This document shows positions 26,474 to 34,812 of a stretch of 64,000 nucleotides of DNA, piece after piece. The notes under the pieces are model-generated. The model was not told the DNA's origin. It was given only the letters and a program-made list of their open reading frames with translations, and made no database searches. Every line of letters begins with the position of its first letter. Position 1 is the stretch's first letter. Both the position numbers and the translations under genes were made by a program. The DNA is taken from IMG/VR virus record IMGVR_UViG_3300049001_000044, positions 124,001-188,000 of that record. One strand, 5' to 3'.

Positions 26474-27096
26474 TGCCATTCGACCAGCTCCCATTCCTTC
26501 ATCCACTCGTCGACACGAGCCAACTTCTCTGCTTGATCATCACTGACTCGACCGTGTTGATCGCTCAACAGCAAGTCCAACCAGGCACGATGGCCAACTT
26601 CACCCAGGCGTTGCATGAGGGCGGTCTTCAGAGCACGACGCTTGTCCTTGTTCTTCAGATCGAAGGGGACGTGATACTCGATCATCATCGCGATATTCGA
26701 GACATCTTGCAACGTGAAGCCCAGCAGCTCCTTCACCAACTCCATGTTCTGAGTTGCGTAGTCCACCCAGACACGAGCCGAAATCTGCTCATGACCATGG
26801 TAGGCACGATAGTTACCGCGTGCTTCGGAATACTTCTGGATTTCAGAAGGCGGTTTGCCCACGTCATGGAAGGTGTTTGCGACCAAGGTCAGCAGGCGTT
26901 GGCGATCCGAACGGTGGATGGCCAGATTTTCCATGTACCAGCGATTCAGCATTTTGGTGTGGACAGCGACGTTCGCTTCACGATGCCATGGCGAGTTCTC
27001 AACCGTGGCCTTCATGTTGGCCCACAGATCCGTCTCCTTGAACTTCGAGAAGAAGGATTCGAACCTTCGAACTGCCTCAGTGTAGGGTTGTGTCAT
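26470..27096 (-). CDS. HD-domain phosphohydrolase (CCA-enzyme / HD-Pnk-type HD)
   Basis: PWHRE..V..HT, FHDVGKP, YHGHEQISA, IEYH, SDQHGR. Confidence 0.85.
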   Translation of the reverse strand: MTQPYTEAVRRFESFFSKFKETDLWANMKATVENSPWHREANVAVHTKMLNRWYMENLAIHRSDRQRLLTLVANTFHDVGKPPSEIQKYSEARGNYRAYHGHEQISARVWVDYATQNMELVKELLGFTLQDVSNIAMMIEYHVPFDLKNKDKRRALKTALMQRLGEVGHRAWLDLLLSDQHGRVSDDQAEKLARVDEWMKEWELVEWQ

Positions 27097-27108
27097 TCTT
27101 ATTCTCCT

Positions 27109-27567
27109 TTAGTACGTGTACCGGGCGAAGTGACCATCCAGCTCATTGCCGTAGAAGCGAGTGAGCTTGTCGCCCATGTCTTCGTCAGCGCTGATGATGT
27201 CTTCCACTTCCTCGATCACGACTGGTTTCAGTGCGATGATGTGCTCGATCATCTTGCGATATTGCACTTCATCGGTGATGAACCGTACTGAGTGATCATC
27301 ACCTTCACGACCAGCGTTTTGGACGATCATCACTGGCGAACCCTCGAACCACACGGTGGACAGACGCCAGATCCTGCGGTAGTCGAAGTCGAAATCAAAG
27401 ATGTTTCGAACCTCGACGAGAGGCGATGCCATCTCATTCAGTTCGTAGCTTTCCAAGCCAACTTCAGGGATGAAGTTGTAGTAGCAGCCCACAAGAGTGT
27501 GGAGCGGCAGATACTTGGTGGTCTTGTCCGATGTTGAGCGGGCGTAGAGTTCATTTGCAGTAGTCAT
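27109..27567 (-). CDS. Hypothetical protein (152 aa)
   Basis: ORF track; first gene after a promoter. Confidence 0.7.
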   Translation of the reverse strand: MTTANELYARSTSDKTTKYLPLHTLVGCYYNFIPEVGLESYELNEMASPLVEVRNIFDFDFDYRRIWRLSTVWFEGSPVMIVQNAGREGDDHSVRFITDEVQYRKMIEHIIALKPVVIEEVEDIISADEDMGDKLTRFYGNELDGHFARYTY

Positions 27568-27572
27568 GTTGT

Positions 27573-27604
27573 ATTGTAGCTCTTCTATGTGCGTTAAGAA
27601 ACTT
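27573..27604 (-). promoter_or_regulatory. Phage promoter AGTTT-N21-TACAAT
   Basis: Motif copy with one extra spacer base. Confidence 0.6.
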
Positions 27605-28049
27605 TGACCTGGTCTTCACCGCAAATTTTGCCAGTGATTCGCTTCACAAGGACTTCCTGCTGCGAATAGGCTTCCAACTCCCATGGGCGATCCACGTAGA
27701 GAAGGCCCTCCGTTTTGAAGACCTCACCTTTCCAGATGAAGATGTCCTTGCCATCATCCCGCTCTACCTTCAGCGTTCCCTCGAGGAGTTGCTTGACGTG
27801 GACCATCTCATGAGCAAGGGTGGACATCGTTCGCTCAAAGCCCAGCTTTGAATCCAGACCAACACCACACGTCCCATTCAGCAGCCCTGAAACACCAGCG
27901 TATCCTCGATCCTTGCGAAGGTCTTTCTTGACGTAGATGATCACCTTATTGTCGAAGTGGTCGATCTCCAACTCTATGGCCAACATGTGGGCGAAGCCAT
28001 GGAGGAACTTGCGCTTGGCCGCGCTGCTGCCTTCCATTGTGATGATCAT
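27594..28049 (-). CDS. HExxH zinc metallopeptidase-like protein
   Basis: TLAHEMVHVKQ...PWELEAY. Confidence 0.78.
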   Translation of the reverse strand: MIITMEGSSAAKRKFLHGFAHMLAIELEIDHFDNKVIIYVKKDLRKDRGYAGVSGLLNGTCGVGLDSKLGFERTMSTLAHEMVHVKQLLEGTLKVERDDGKDIFIWKGEVFKTEGLLYVDRPWELEAYSQQEVLVKRITGKICGEDQVKVS

Positions 28050-28642
28050 GCTTCACCATACTGGGCAAGTTCCCACTTGATGTTTTCCTTCGCCAGCACT
28101 TCCATCTTTTCGAATTCCTTTGTGATGAAAATCCTGGACTGCAGTGCAGCTTGAAGGAAGGTGCAACGACCGTCGACGTAGGCATCATTGTTGAACTGGA
28201 TAAACTCACGGCGAATTTCGTTCTTGTAGTTCTCGTATCGTGCGGGCTTCGCAGCCAAGATCGCCATGTCCAAGTCCAGAACCAGCTCGGATTCTTGGAT
28301 GGTGGCTTTGTGGGTCTTGGTGTCTAAGATGATCTGTTCGATGGCGTTGATGTTGGTATTTGGGAACAGATCGTTGAAGTCATCTTCGTTCTGGGCGACG
28401 TGGGTCTTCATCAACATCACCGACAACTCTTCGTTCAGTGTAGTCCCTGGAATGTACACGATGTCGTGGTACATGAGGGCTAGAACTTGTTCGTCTGACA
28501 GCGGTAGGTTCATGTTCTGCGCCATGCAGAAGATGTCCTGGATATGACGCTCGTTGTGGTAGGCCCGGTGACACTCGCGATAGTGGTGGCCAACATGGGT
28601 AGCGTACCACTTGAAGTGTCGAGCTTTCTGGAACATGATCAT
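28046..28642 (-). CDS. HD-superfamily metal-dependent hydrolase
   Basis: RAYHNERHI, YHDIVY, NEELS, LDLDMAILA. Confidence 0.82.
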   Translation of the reverse strand: MIMFQKARHFKWYATHVGHHYRECHRAYHNERHIQDIFCMAQNMNLPLSDEQVLALMYHDIVYIPGTTLNEELSVMLMKTHVAQNEDDFNDLFPNTNINAIEQIILDTKTHKATIQESELVLDLDMAILAAKPARYENYKNEIRREFIQFNNDAYVDGRCTFLQAALQSRIFITKEFEKMEVLAKENIKWELAQYGEA

Positions 28643-28666
28643 TTCCTAAAAGAAATTAGAAATGAT

Positions 28667-28697
28667 ATTGTAGCGCACCAGAGGTGCTCAGAAAACT
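28667..28697 (-). promoter_or_regulatory. Phage promoter AGTTT-N20-TACAAT overlapped by the repeat element
   Basis: Exact spacing; the spacer contains GAGGTGCTCAGA (28681-28692). Confidence 0.72.
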
Positions 28698-28755
28698 TCG
28701 ACCTGATGAATGTGTATGTTTATGTGATTGTCGTACGGAGGTCTCTGAGCACCTC
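28681..28755. repeat. Dispersed intergenic element copy 2
   Basis: GAGGTGCTCAGA 28681-28692 / TCTGAGCACCTC 28744-28755, 51-nt spacer. Confidence 0.85.
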
Positions 28756-28827
28756 AGGAGGGCCCAGAAGATGCGCAGGAGCCTATCTCACTAGGCTCCT
28801 GTAAGAGGATCCAACAGTTGATACAGG

Positions 28828-28947
28828 TCAATCAGTAAGGAAGTGACCTTTCCGTGGTTTAGTAGGAGGCGGACACTTTCCTCGTAGCCAGTCAAGCAGC
28901 CATAGAAGTCCACCAAATACACAGAGGAAGCCGACAAAAAATTCCAT
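28828..28947 (-). CDS. Small membrane peptide (39 aa)
   Basis: MEFFVGFLCVFGGLLWLLDWLRGK...; not in track. Confidence 0.45.
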   Translation of the reverse strand: MEFFVGFLCVFGGLLWLLDWLRGKCPPPTKPRKGHFLTD

Positions 28948-28948
28948 G

Positions 28949-29053
28949 TCAGTCCTTTGCAGGTGCAGGTGGAGTTGGCAGCCACATCAGCGTCAGCAGG
29001 GCAAGGGGGCCAAACATCACGAGCATGAGGGGCATAGGATCGTAGTACTTCAT
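28949..29053 (-). CDS. Small membrane peptide (34 aa)
   Basis: MKYYDPMPLMLVMFGPLALLTLMWLP...; GGAGG RBS; not in track. Confidence 0.5.
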   Translation of the reverse strand: MKYYDPMPLMLVMFGPLALLTLMWLPTPPAPAKD

Positions 29054-29065
29054 GATTTCCTCCAT

Positions 29066-29362
29066 TCACGGATAATATTTCGAGACAATCGTCTCGATTA
29101 CTGCAGCGAGTATAAACAGCGAGATGCCCACCACTAACAGTGCGTTGGCTATCCTTGGCTTGGGCTTTGATGGCAACCACAGGAGCAACGCGATGAGTAG
29201 AAAATCGAGGTGGTGGAGGAAGCGAAAACCCCAGCCACCAACGTACTGAAAATGCCACTTAGTCTGCAACCCCCATTGCAGTAAGCCATTCAGGTAGTCG
29301 AGACTAGCGATGATGCTAAGAGCACCGCCTAGCACCGCCGCCAAATTGAGTAGCCTCCTCAT
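29066..29362 (-). CDS. Three-TM membrane protein, candidate immunity protein
   Basis: Hydrophobic 98 aa; ATGA-coupled to the hydrolase gene. Confidence 0.65.
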   Translation of the reverse strand: MRRLLNLAAVLGGALSIIASLDYLNGLLQWGLQTKWHFQYVGGWGFRFLHHLDFLLIALLLWLPSKPKPRIANALLVVGISLFILAAVIETIVSKYYP

Positions 29363-30048
29363 CGCAGCCCCTGCTCGTACAGGTACTTGGCGAGCTCCCT
29401 TCGCCGCTGGCGTCCGAGTCGAGTGTTCGGTCTGTAGTAGAAGTGGCCGAAGCCGGCAATGTCTTGCGACAGCTTGTTCTCGTCTTCGAGCTGGCCTTTA
29501 GAGAGCCAGAGCTTCCACAGGGGCATACCCGCATAAATCGGATCGCCATGATGCGTTAGGTTGAGGACGATGACGCGCCGTATGTTGCCGTTGTTCTGCA
29601 ACTTCCCTAGGAAGTCTTTGCTGATCGGAGAAGCGATCAGCACCAGGTGGTCCACGATGTGGTGAAAACGGGAGTACGCCATCGCTGTATGCGCAGCCAT
29701 CAACGAGCCATAGGAGTAGCCGATCAGGTTAAATTGGTCCGCATCCACCTGCTCCAACCCTTCAATCATCCACGTTTTCTCGTTGCCAGCGGTGTTGAGG
29801 CGCAAGTCTAAGGCAGAGCGAATGGCATCCCGTATCTGACCTTGCGTGCGTTTGCCGACCCACACATGCTTGATGCCAGCTTCCTGTAACGATGCAACCT
29901 GATCGGCGATGTACGAGCCGTTCAACCCGGCACCGCCCCAGTACACGGTACCACGCGGCCTTCCAACTTTGATCTTGATTGGTGTCTTGTCTGACTTGGG
30001 CGTAAGCTCAGCCTTTACGACCACGGGTTCAAACAGAGGGGTGGCCAT
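29359..30048 (-). CDS. Alpha/beta hydrolase (lipase-like, GxSxG)
   Basis: NLIGYSYGS nucleophile elbow, VLIASP, GDPIY, GFGHFYY. Confidence 0.8.
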   Translation of the reverse strand: MATPLFEPVVVKAELTPKSDKTPIKIKVGRPRGTVYWGGAGLNGSYIADQVASLQEAGIKHVWVGKRTQGQIRDAIRSALDLRLNTAGNEKTWMIEGLEQVDADQFNLIGYSYGSLMAAHTAMAYSRFHHIVDHLVLIASPISKDFLGKLQNNGNIRRVIVLNLTHHGDPIYAGMPLWKLWLSKGQLEDENKLSQDIAGFGHFYYRPNTRLGRQRRRELAKYLYEQGLR

Positions 30049-30049
30049 G

Positions 30050-30565
30050 TTAGGCCCCTTCCGGCATGATGGTGATCTTGATATTGGCCGGATCGCTCAT
30101 CTCGATCCTCTCCGTCTTGCCTTCGCCGTCAGTCCTGCCCTCGATGACCCTGCCTTCGCACTCGATGCTGTACCCACGATGCATGAGTATGTCGCCTGTT
30201 GCTTCGTCATGGAGAACGAATTGCTGATCGAAACCCTCGTTCGTCTTGCCTACCCACTGGCCGTTCTCCTCCACGAAGCGGATCGGTACTTCCTCGCCTG
30301 ATGTATTGGTTACACCGTCCTTGTCGTTCAGCGTAGAGATGAGCGGGCAACCACAGCTCGTCTTCATACCGTGCAGAACTTTGGCAACGCCGTTCACCTT
30401 CGAACGCTCGTATCCCTCTGCGATAACGCAGCCTTTCGAGCAGGATATCTTCGCGCCAACCACGGCGACTGGCCTACCCATACTCTTTACAAACTCGACG
30501 CCTTCCAGTACAGTTGCGCCACAAGCGGCGAAATCATCCTTACGAATCCAACCAATGATACGCAT
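30050..30565 (-). CDS. PAAR-domain protein with C-terminal extension
   Basis: DFAACGATVLEG, GRPVAVVGAKISC, GVAKVLHGMKTSCGCPLI, then FDQQFVL...IEGRTDGEGKT. Confidence 0.88.
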   Translation of the reverse strand: MRIIGWIRKDDFAACGATVLEGVEFVKSMGRPVAVVGAKISCSKGCVIAEGYERSKVNGVAKVLHGMKTSCGCPLISTLNDKDGVTNTSGEEVPIRFVEENGQWVGKTNEGFDQQFVLHDEATGDILMHRGYSIECEGRVIEGRTDGEGKTERIEMSDPANIKITIMPEGA

Positions 30566-30636
30566 GGATCGTTTCCTTTCAATTTGACTTCGATCAAAAC
30601 CTCGGTTATTGTTGAGGTTAGTTCAATAATATCTCA

Positions 30637-30714
30637 GAGGTGACCCAAGGCGTTGCTAATGATCATATAGTACGCACAATACGGAGGTCTCTGAGCACCT
30701 CTGGTAAGCCCAGA
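30637..30714. repeat. Dispersed intergenic element copy 3 (left arm degenerate)
   Basis: TACGGAGGTCTCTGAGCACCTC 30680-30701 identical to 28734-28755; 30689-30708 is the reverse complement of 7870-7889. Confidence 0.85.
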
Positions 30715-30718
30715 ATGC

Positions 30719-30748
30719 AATAGAGGACACCATCGAAGGTCCTCTATT
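30719..30748. terminator. Hairpin, probable terminator
   Basis: 10-bp inverted repeat AATAGAGGAC / GTCCTCTATT. Confidence 0.55.
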
Positions 30749-31086
30749 AGAACATCTTTTCTACCAGATGTTCGCCCATTGCGTAGATGATATGGGCCAT
30801 TGCACGACCGTCCACCATTTGGCAATGATCCAGCACTGCAATGGCCAGAACTACTGACACGATGGGGAGGATAAATCCGCGCACGATCAATAAGCCTTGT
30901 GGGATACTTGGGCTTTGGCTTGGACCGAGATTCCTTGCGTGTACAACACAATGCCAAATGCGAGGAAGGACAACAAGATTATTCGGTTCATGTTCATGTT
31001 CACCTCCGAGATTTAGAATAATTTGATTGTATTACTCCTAGGAAATTTGGTGTTGACACCCATCAAACACGGAACTTGCGAACGAA

Positions 31087-31112
31087 AAAGGACTTCCCTA
31101 GGAAAGTCCTTT
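31087..31112 (-). terminator. Intrinsic terminator
   Basis: AAAGGACTT / AAGTCCTTT arms, U-run on minus strand. Confidence 0.65.
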
Positions 31113-31122
31113 GCTCGAGGGG

Positions 31123-31845
31123 TTACTTCTTGGCTTTTTCCTGTTGAGCCCAGTACTCCCGCAGGAGTTTGAGATTCCACTCGTACTTGATGGGGTAGCC
31201 CTCCTTCTTGACCTCGCCGTCATTCCACTTTGGGGGTTTTCCCATCGTCATCCCCACCTTCAGGTTATTCGACAGGCAATCCGCAAAGGGAGACTTCGGG
31301 CCGACCCACGTCTTGGCGAGCTTGCCTTTCTTGTTGACCCTGCCCAGCCACAAGATGACGTCGTCGATCCCCTTGAGTTGGGCGCGGTAGCAGGGCTCGA
31401 CCGCCTTGGAGTAGAGTTTTGTCAGATGCTCCTCATAGTCCGCAGCACCCATAAGCGGCATAGGTCCCACTCGCGCCATGTACTCCCAATGGTTGGGTTC
31501 ATTGGGGTCGATCTTACGTGGGTGCAAGTCCTGGTCGCGGCGCTCGGGCCTGTCGATGATGGCACTTTGACACTCCATCTTCTTCATGAGAACGCCCTTG
31601 TAGCAGTACGTTGCCTTCTCACGATTGTTCGTCAGCTCCATGTACGTGGTCAAACTGTCGGGCTGTTTGTTCGTGCACACATAGGGTGTGCCCTTGCAGA
31701 CGACGGAAAACATCTCGCTATTGGCATCCTCCTGGGCCGCCTGTTGAAACACCTGGGGCGGAATTTGGCGGGCTTTGACGACACTGACGAGAGACGGCTG
31801 CGCTTGGGCGACGCCGACCACGAAGAGCAATGCGAGGGCTTTCAT
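31123..31845 (-). CDS. Exported Cys-containing protein (240 aa)
   Basis: Signal peptide MKALALLFVVGVAQA; GGAG RBS. Confidence 0.75.
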   Translation of the reverse strand: MKALALLFVVGVAQAQPSLVSVVKARQIPPQVFQQAAQEDANSEMFSVVCKGTPYVCTNKQPDSLTTYMELTNNREKATYCYKGVLMKKMECQSAIIDRPERRDQDLHPRKIDPNEPNHWEYMARVGPMPLMGAADYEEHLTKLYSKAVEPCYRAQLKGIDDVILWLGRVNKKGKLAKTWVGPKSPFADCLSNNLKVGMTMGKPPKWNDGEVKKEGYPIKYEWNLKLLREYWAQQEKAKK

Positions 31846-31921
31846 GACGTTCTCCTTGAAGTAAGAGGTGCTGTTTTTATTTTACTTCAAAGAAACCTTT
31901 GCGCATTGACGAGAAACAAAA

Positions 31922-31943
31922 GGGGCCCCCAGGTGGGGGCCCC
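31922..31943 (-). terminator. Intrinsic terminator
   Basis: GGGGCCCCC / GGGGGCCCC stem then TTTTG on minus strand. Confidence 0.65.
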
Positions 31944-31956
31944 ACATCAAATCAAA

Positions 31957-32256
31957 CTACTGCACCACACCATCTTTAAAGGTCGTATTGTTACCTACGC
32001 GTACCCAAATACCCTTGTTCAAGTCGAGCAGCTCAATGCGACGTTTGTCAGATCGAATAGGCGCGACACTGGAGCCAAGGTTTTTAGTCCACATATTTTT
32101 GGCAACGGACCCGAAACAATTCCTACACGCTATCTCTGCGTTTTCGCATTTGGTGCTCATCCTTATGACACCATTCTGTTTTGGACCCTTGCGATAATTG
32201 TCGCCTTCGTCGCCCCATACGACAGCCCAATAAAATTGGCTCATGTTTTTCCCCAA
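31957..32256 (-). CDS. Hypothetical protein (about 99 aa)
   Basis: ORF track; bounded by terminators. Confidence 0.6.
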   Translation of the reverse strand: MGKNMSQFYWAVVWGDEGDNYRKGPKQNGVIRMSTKCENAEIACRNCFGSVAKNMWTKNLGSSVAPIRSDKRRIELLDLNKGIWVRVGNNTTFKDGVVQ

Positions 32257-32260
32257 AAAG

Positions 32261-32284
32261 GGGCCTCCCTTTTACAGGAGGCCC
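32261..32284 (-). terminator. Intrinsic terminator
   Basis: GGGCCTCC / GGAGGCCC stem then CTTTTT on minus strand. Confidence 0.6.
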
Positions 32285-32312
32285 AAGGCACGAACAACTA
32301 GGGGAGGTGGGA

Positions 32313-32711
32313 TTATCTGCCGCCGTTCCCGCTTGCGGAGTGGCCGGCGCGGCGTGCTCCGCCCGGATCGCCAGGGCGAAGTTCTTCATTCCCCTTCAAG
32401 CGACTGTCAGATTCGGGGTGGTTGACCTGGCCACGGCCGTCAGTCGCGCGAGGTCCGTTCCTCCGGACGTTTGCATTGTAGCGGACGTTGCGGCCAAAGA
32501 AGCGCGAGAGCTGGTCGATATCGGAAGGATTCAGCGTGCGCTCCTGGATGCCATCGCCGGTAACTTTGACGACTTCCTGCCCCTGGAAGTCGCCTTCACC
32601 CTGCATGGTCTCGTAGGTGACTTCGCCCACGCTGATTTTGCGGCTCACATGTTGCTCGACGATCACTGCCGGTTGCTGTTGACCCTGATCCTTGTCTTTC
32701 TGAGTTGCCAT
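32313..32711 (-). CDS. Hypothetical protein with disordered Arg/Gly-rich tail (132 aa)
   Basis: ORF track; AGGAG RBS. Confidence 0.7.
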   Translation of the reverse strand: MATQKDKDQGQQQPAVIVEQHVSRKISVGEVTYETMQGEGDFQGQEVVKVTGDGIQERTLNPSDIDQLSRFFGRNVRYNANVRRNGPRATDGRGQVNHPESDSRLKGNEELRPGDPGGARRAGHSASGNGGR

Positions 32712-32917
32712 GATATTTCTCCTGAAAAATTAAAGGAAGGAAATTTCAACTTCGTCGTTGTCGACAGTTTAATTTTACTATAGATGCGAGCAAAAGTGTG
32801 TTATGCACATAACATAGACGCACATTTTTTTGAAGCAACATTTTCTAGAAGTAATTGCACCCACGTTAATGTTGATTCCCCTGGGGGAGTGCGGTGATTT
32901 CTCAGAAACAACACAAA

Positions 32918-32937
32918 AAGGGAGCCTAGGCTCCCTT
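32918..32937 (-). terminator. Intrinsic terminator
   Basis: AAGGGAGC-CTAG-GCTCCCTT then TTT on minus strand. Confidence 0.7.
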
Positions 32938-32957
32938 AGTTTTTGGTGCGGTGGGTT

Positions 32958-33032
32958 TTAGCGTGAGGCGAGAATGCCCACAACGAGCGCGAGTGCGATG
33001 ATGATCAGCGGCGCGGCGTACTTCCAGTTCAT
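32958..33032 (-). CDS. Small membrane peptide (24 aa)
   Basis: MNWKYAAPLIIIALALVVGILASR; ATGA overlap; not in track. Confidence 0.5.
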   Translation of the reverse strand: MNWKYAAPLIIIALALVVGILASR

Positions 33033-33304
33033 GCACCCTCCGGCTTTGTGAAGTGAACCCTCATGCATGGGCGGCCCTCGGCTTCAGGCACCAGCCCGCC
33101 CCATGCCCACATGTGATCCAAGTTGTAGATGAGGCGACGACGCTGGTACTGGTCGTCGCCAATGCCGAGCATGGGGTTGTTCACGTCCACGAACACGGTA
33201 GGGGAATCGCCCCTCTCGACATGGCCCAGGCGGTTCAACTCCACCCACGGGCCTTCAGGATTTTTGGGTGGTTCACCATCGGTGACGAAGATAAGATGCG
33301 TCAT
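33029..33304 (-). CDS. Hypothetical protein (91 aa)
   Basis: ORF track; coupled to neighbours. Confidence 0.7.
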   Translation of the reverse strand: MTHLIFVTDGEPPKNPEGPWVELNRLGHVERGDSPTVFVDVNNPMLGIGDDQYQRRRLIYNLDHMWAWGGLVPEAEGRPCMRVHFTKPEGA

Positions 33305-33609
33305 TAATCATCCTCTACATGTAGTGGGAATACTTCAATTGCGTTGCGAACTTCTTGCATGGCCTCGCGAACGGCCTGGCTCATGTTCATGAAGTTCTGG
33401 GCAGCCTTCCAGCAGGCGTGGAGGTAGTGGGTCTTCTCGAGCATTGACCGTTCAGGGATGACGTTCTCGAACAGGTCCTTCTTGGCCAGGCGGAGTTCGT
33501 TCGCCGCACCATTGCAGATGACTGCCCGGAATTCCACCGGCACGGGGATGATGGCGCCAGGGGTAGGGATTGCAACAGCTTGGGCCATACGGATAGGTTT
33601 CGCTTCCAT
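33304..33609 (-). CDS. Hypothetical protein (101 aa)
   Basis: ORF track; GGAGG RBS. Confidence 0.7.
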   Translation of the reverse strand: MEAKPIRMAQAVAIPTPGAIIPVPVEFRAVICNGAANELRLAKKDLFENVIPERSMLEKTHYLHACWKAAQNFMNMSQAVREAMQEVRNAIEVFPLHVEDD

Positions 33610-33710
33610 GCTTCCTCCAACGTTTGTGTTTCGATAAGGCTATCGTATCACAACCTGGTAGAAAGTACACAGAAAGAATTGTAACAGGTGTTTGTTACTT
33701 AGAAGAAACA

Positions 33711-33728
33711 AAGGGCCCGAAGGCCCTT
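33711..33728 (-). terminator. cUUCGg intrinsic terminator
   Basis: AAGGGCC-TTCG-GGCCCTT then TGTTTCTT. Confidence 0.7.
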
Positions 33729-33748
33729 ATAATAGAAGTTGTTTGGGA

Positions 33749-34087
33749 TTATTTCCGCTTGCTGTGTCTTCGGGCGGATTCTTCGAGGAGGGGAGTAACT
33801 GCATATCGGTTTTCGAAGTCGCGAGGGTTTCGTTTGTAGGTCGTGTTGACCTCGCCTGTACCCATGGTGAACACGCAAACCGCATGGACGATGTGGGGAG
33901 AATCCTTTTCAAAAATTTCAGCTCTGACGGCATATCCCTTCTTGGGATCATACACGTGTTGATTCGCGAGATAACCACTGGCCCTTTCGGCGGCTGGGTT
34001 AGGATGAATACAAGGTACCTTCTTGATGACCTCAAGTCTTTCATTCATGTACGCGATGACGATGTTCCGTTCTTTCCGCTCTACCAT
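33749..34087 (-). CDS. Hypothetical protein (112 aa)
   Basis: Start moved to MVERKERN at 34087 (GGAAGG RBS). Confidence 0.65.
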   Translation of the reverse strand: MVERKERNIVIAYMNERLEVIKKVPCIHPNPAAERASGYLANQHVYDPKKGYAVRAEIFEKDSPHIVHAVCVFTMGTGEVNTTYKRNPRDFENRYAVTPLLEESARRHSKRK

Positions 34088-34097
34088 ATTTTCCTTC

Positions 34098-34589
34098 CTA
34101 CCTTGCAAACGTGAAGCCCAACATAATGAGCATGAGATCACACCAATGCTTTGCATGGGCATCTTGTTCGTTGAGTACAGGGAAGCCACGAGCAACCCAA
34201 TTAAGCTGATCTACGGATTCGGGGTCGGCTTCAGGATTCATGCCAGGCAGCCACGTGTTGAACATCCGCACCCTCACGCGCGGCACGGTGTCGATGTACG
34301 CAACCAAATCCTTCATGCGATTCGGATTACCGCCCTGGACAATCAAGCAATGGTTCCCCACCGCATCTCGTGTCCACTCGGGATCGATGATTACGGTGTC
34401 TAGGCGCGATGGGGTACAGAAGATCCGCCGAGGAACACCCAAAACATCTGCGGTGTTCTTGGCATCCATTAGCCCCTTCATCCATTCCTTCGCGTCGGCC
34501 GTTTCCTCTTGGTAGAACTTCTCCACGTCAAGAGGATTATACCCGTCGAAGTAGGCCTGTTGGCCGGCTATGTAAGCCGGCGTTTTCAC
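34098..34589 (-). CDS. Hypothetical protein (163 aa)
   Basis: ORF track; GGAGG RBS, overlap with upstream gene. Confidence 0.7.
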   Translation of the reverse strand: MKTPAYIAGQQAYFDGYNPLDVEKFYQEETADAKEWMKGLMDAKNTADVLGVPRRIFCTPSRLDTVIIDPEWTRDAVGNHCLIVQGGNPNRMKDLVAYIDTVPRVRVRMFNTWLPGMNPEADPESVDQLNWVARGFPVLNEQDAHAKHWCDLMLIMLGFTFAR

Positions 34590-34804
34590 TTGACCACCTC
34601 CGCAACCCGCACGACCTCACCGACGGACAGGTAGTGGAAGTTCAGGGTGCTGGTTTCGCGGCACAGGCGGGAGACGCATGCGGCGGGGTATCCAGTGTGG
34701 CGATCCCGATCGTGCTCGACTACCTTCCAATCGGGATGGTTGTTTATGAAGGTTTCCCGCACAACCTCGAAGTCACCCTCGTTACGGAATCCGAAGATCT
34801 GCAT
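34586..34804 (-). CDS. Hypothetical protein (72 aa)
   Basis: ORF track; GGAG RBS. Confidence 0.65.
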   Translation of the reverse strand: MQIFGFRNEGDFEVVRETFINNHPDWKVVEHDRDRHTGYPAACVSRLCRETSTLNFHYLSVGEVVRVAEVVK

Positions 34805-34812
34805 GTTGCTCC

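Noticed and set aside
28777-28800. 9-bp hairpin as a terminator
   Set aside because: No U-tract on either strand; function unsupported.
28791-29258. 155-aa minus ORF in the track
   Set aside because: Overlaps the TM gene in another frame; better explained by two RBS-supported micro-ORFs.
30050-30565. PAAR gene as the ordinary gp5.4 tail-spike cap
   Set aside because: Not excluded, but disfavoured: it has a long C-terminal extension, is coupled to a hydrolase and sits outside the structural module without a late promoter motif.
31111-32301. 396-aa plus-strand ORF
   Set aside because: Lies antisense to two minus genes and crosses their terminators.
32712-32957. tRNA or structured ncRNA in the longest intergenic gap
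   Set aside because: No cloverleaf or T-loop consensus found; the gap is explained by a terminator and AT-rich promoter sequence. No tRNA or rRNA was recognised anywhere in the window by eye.
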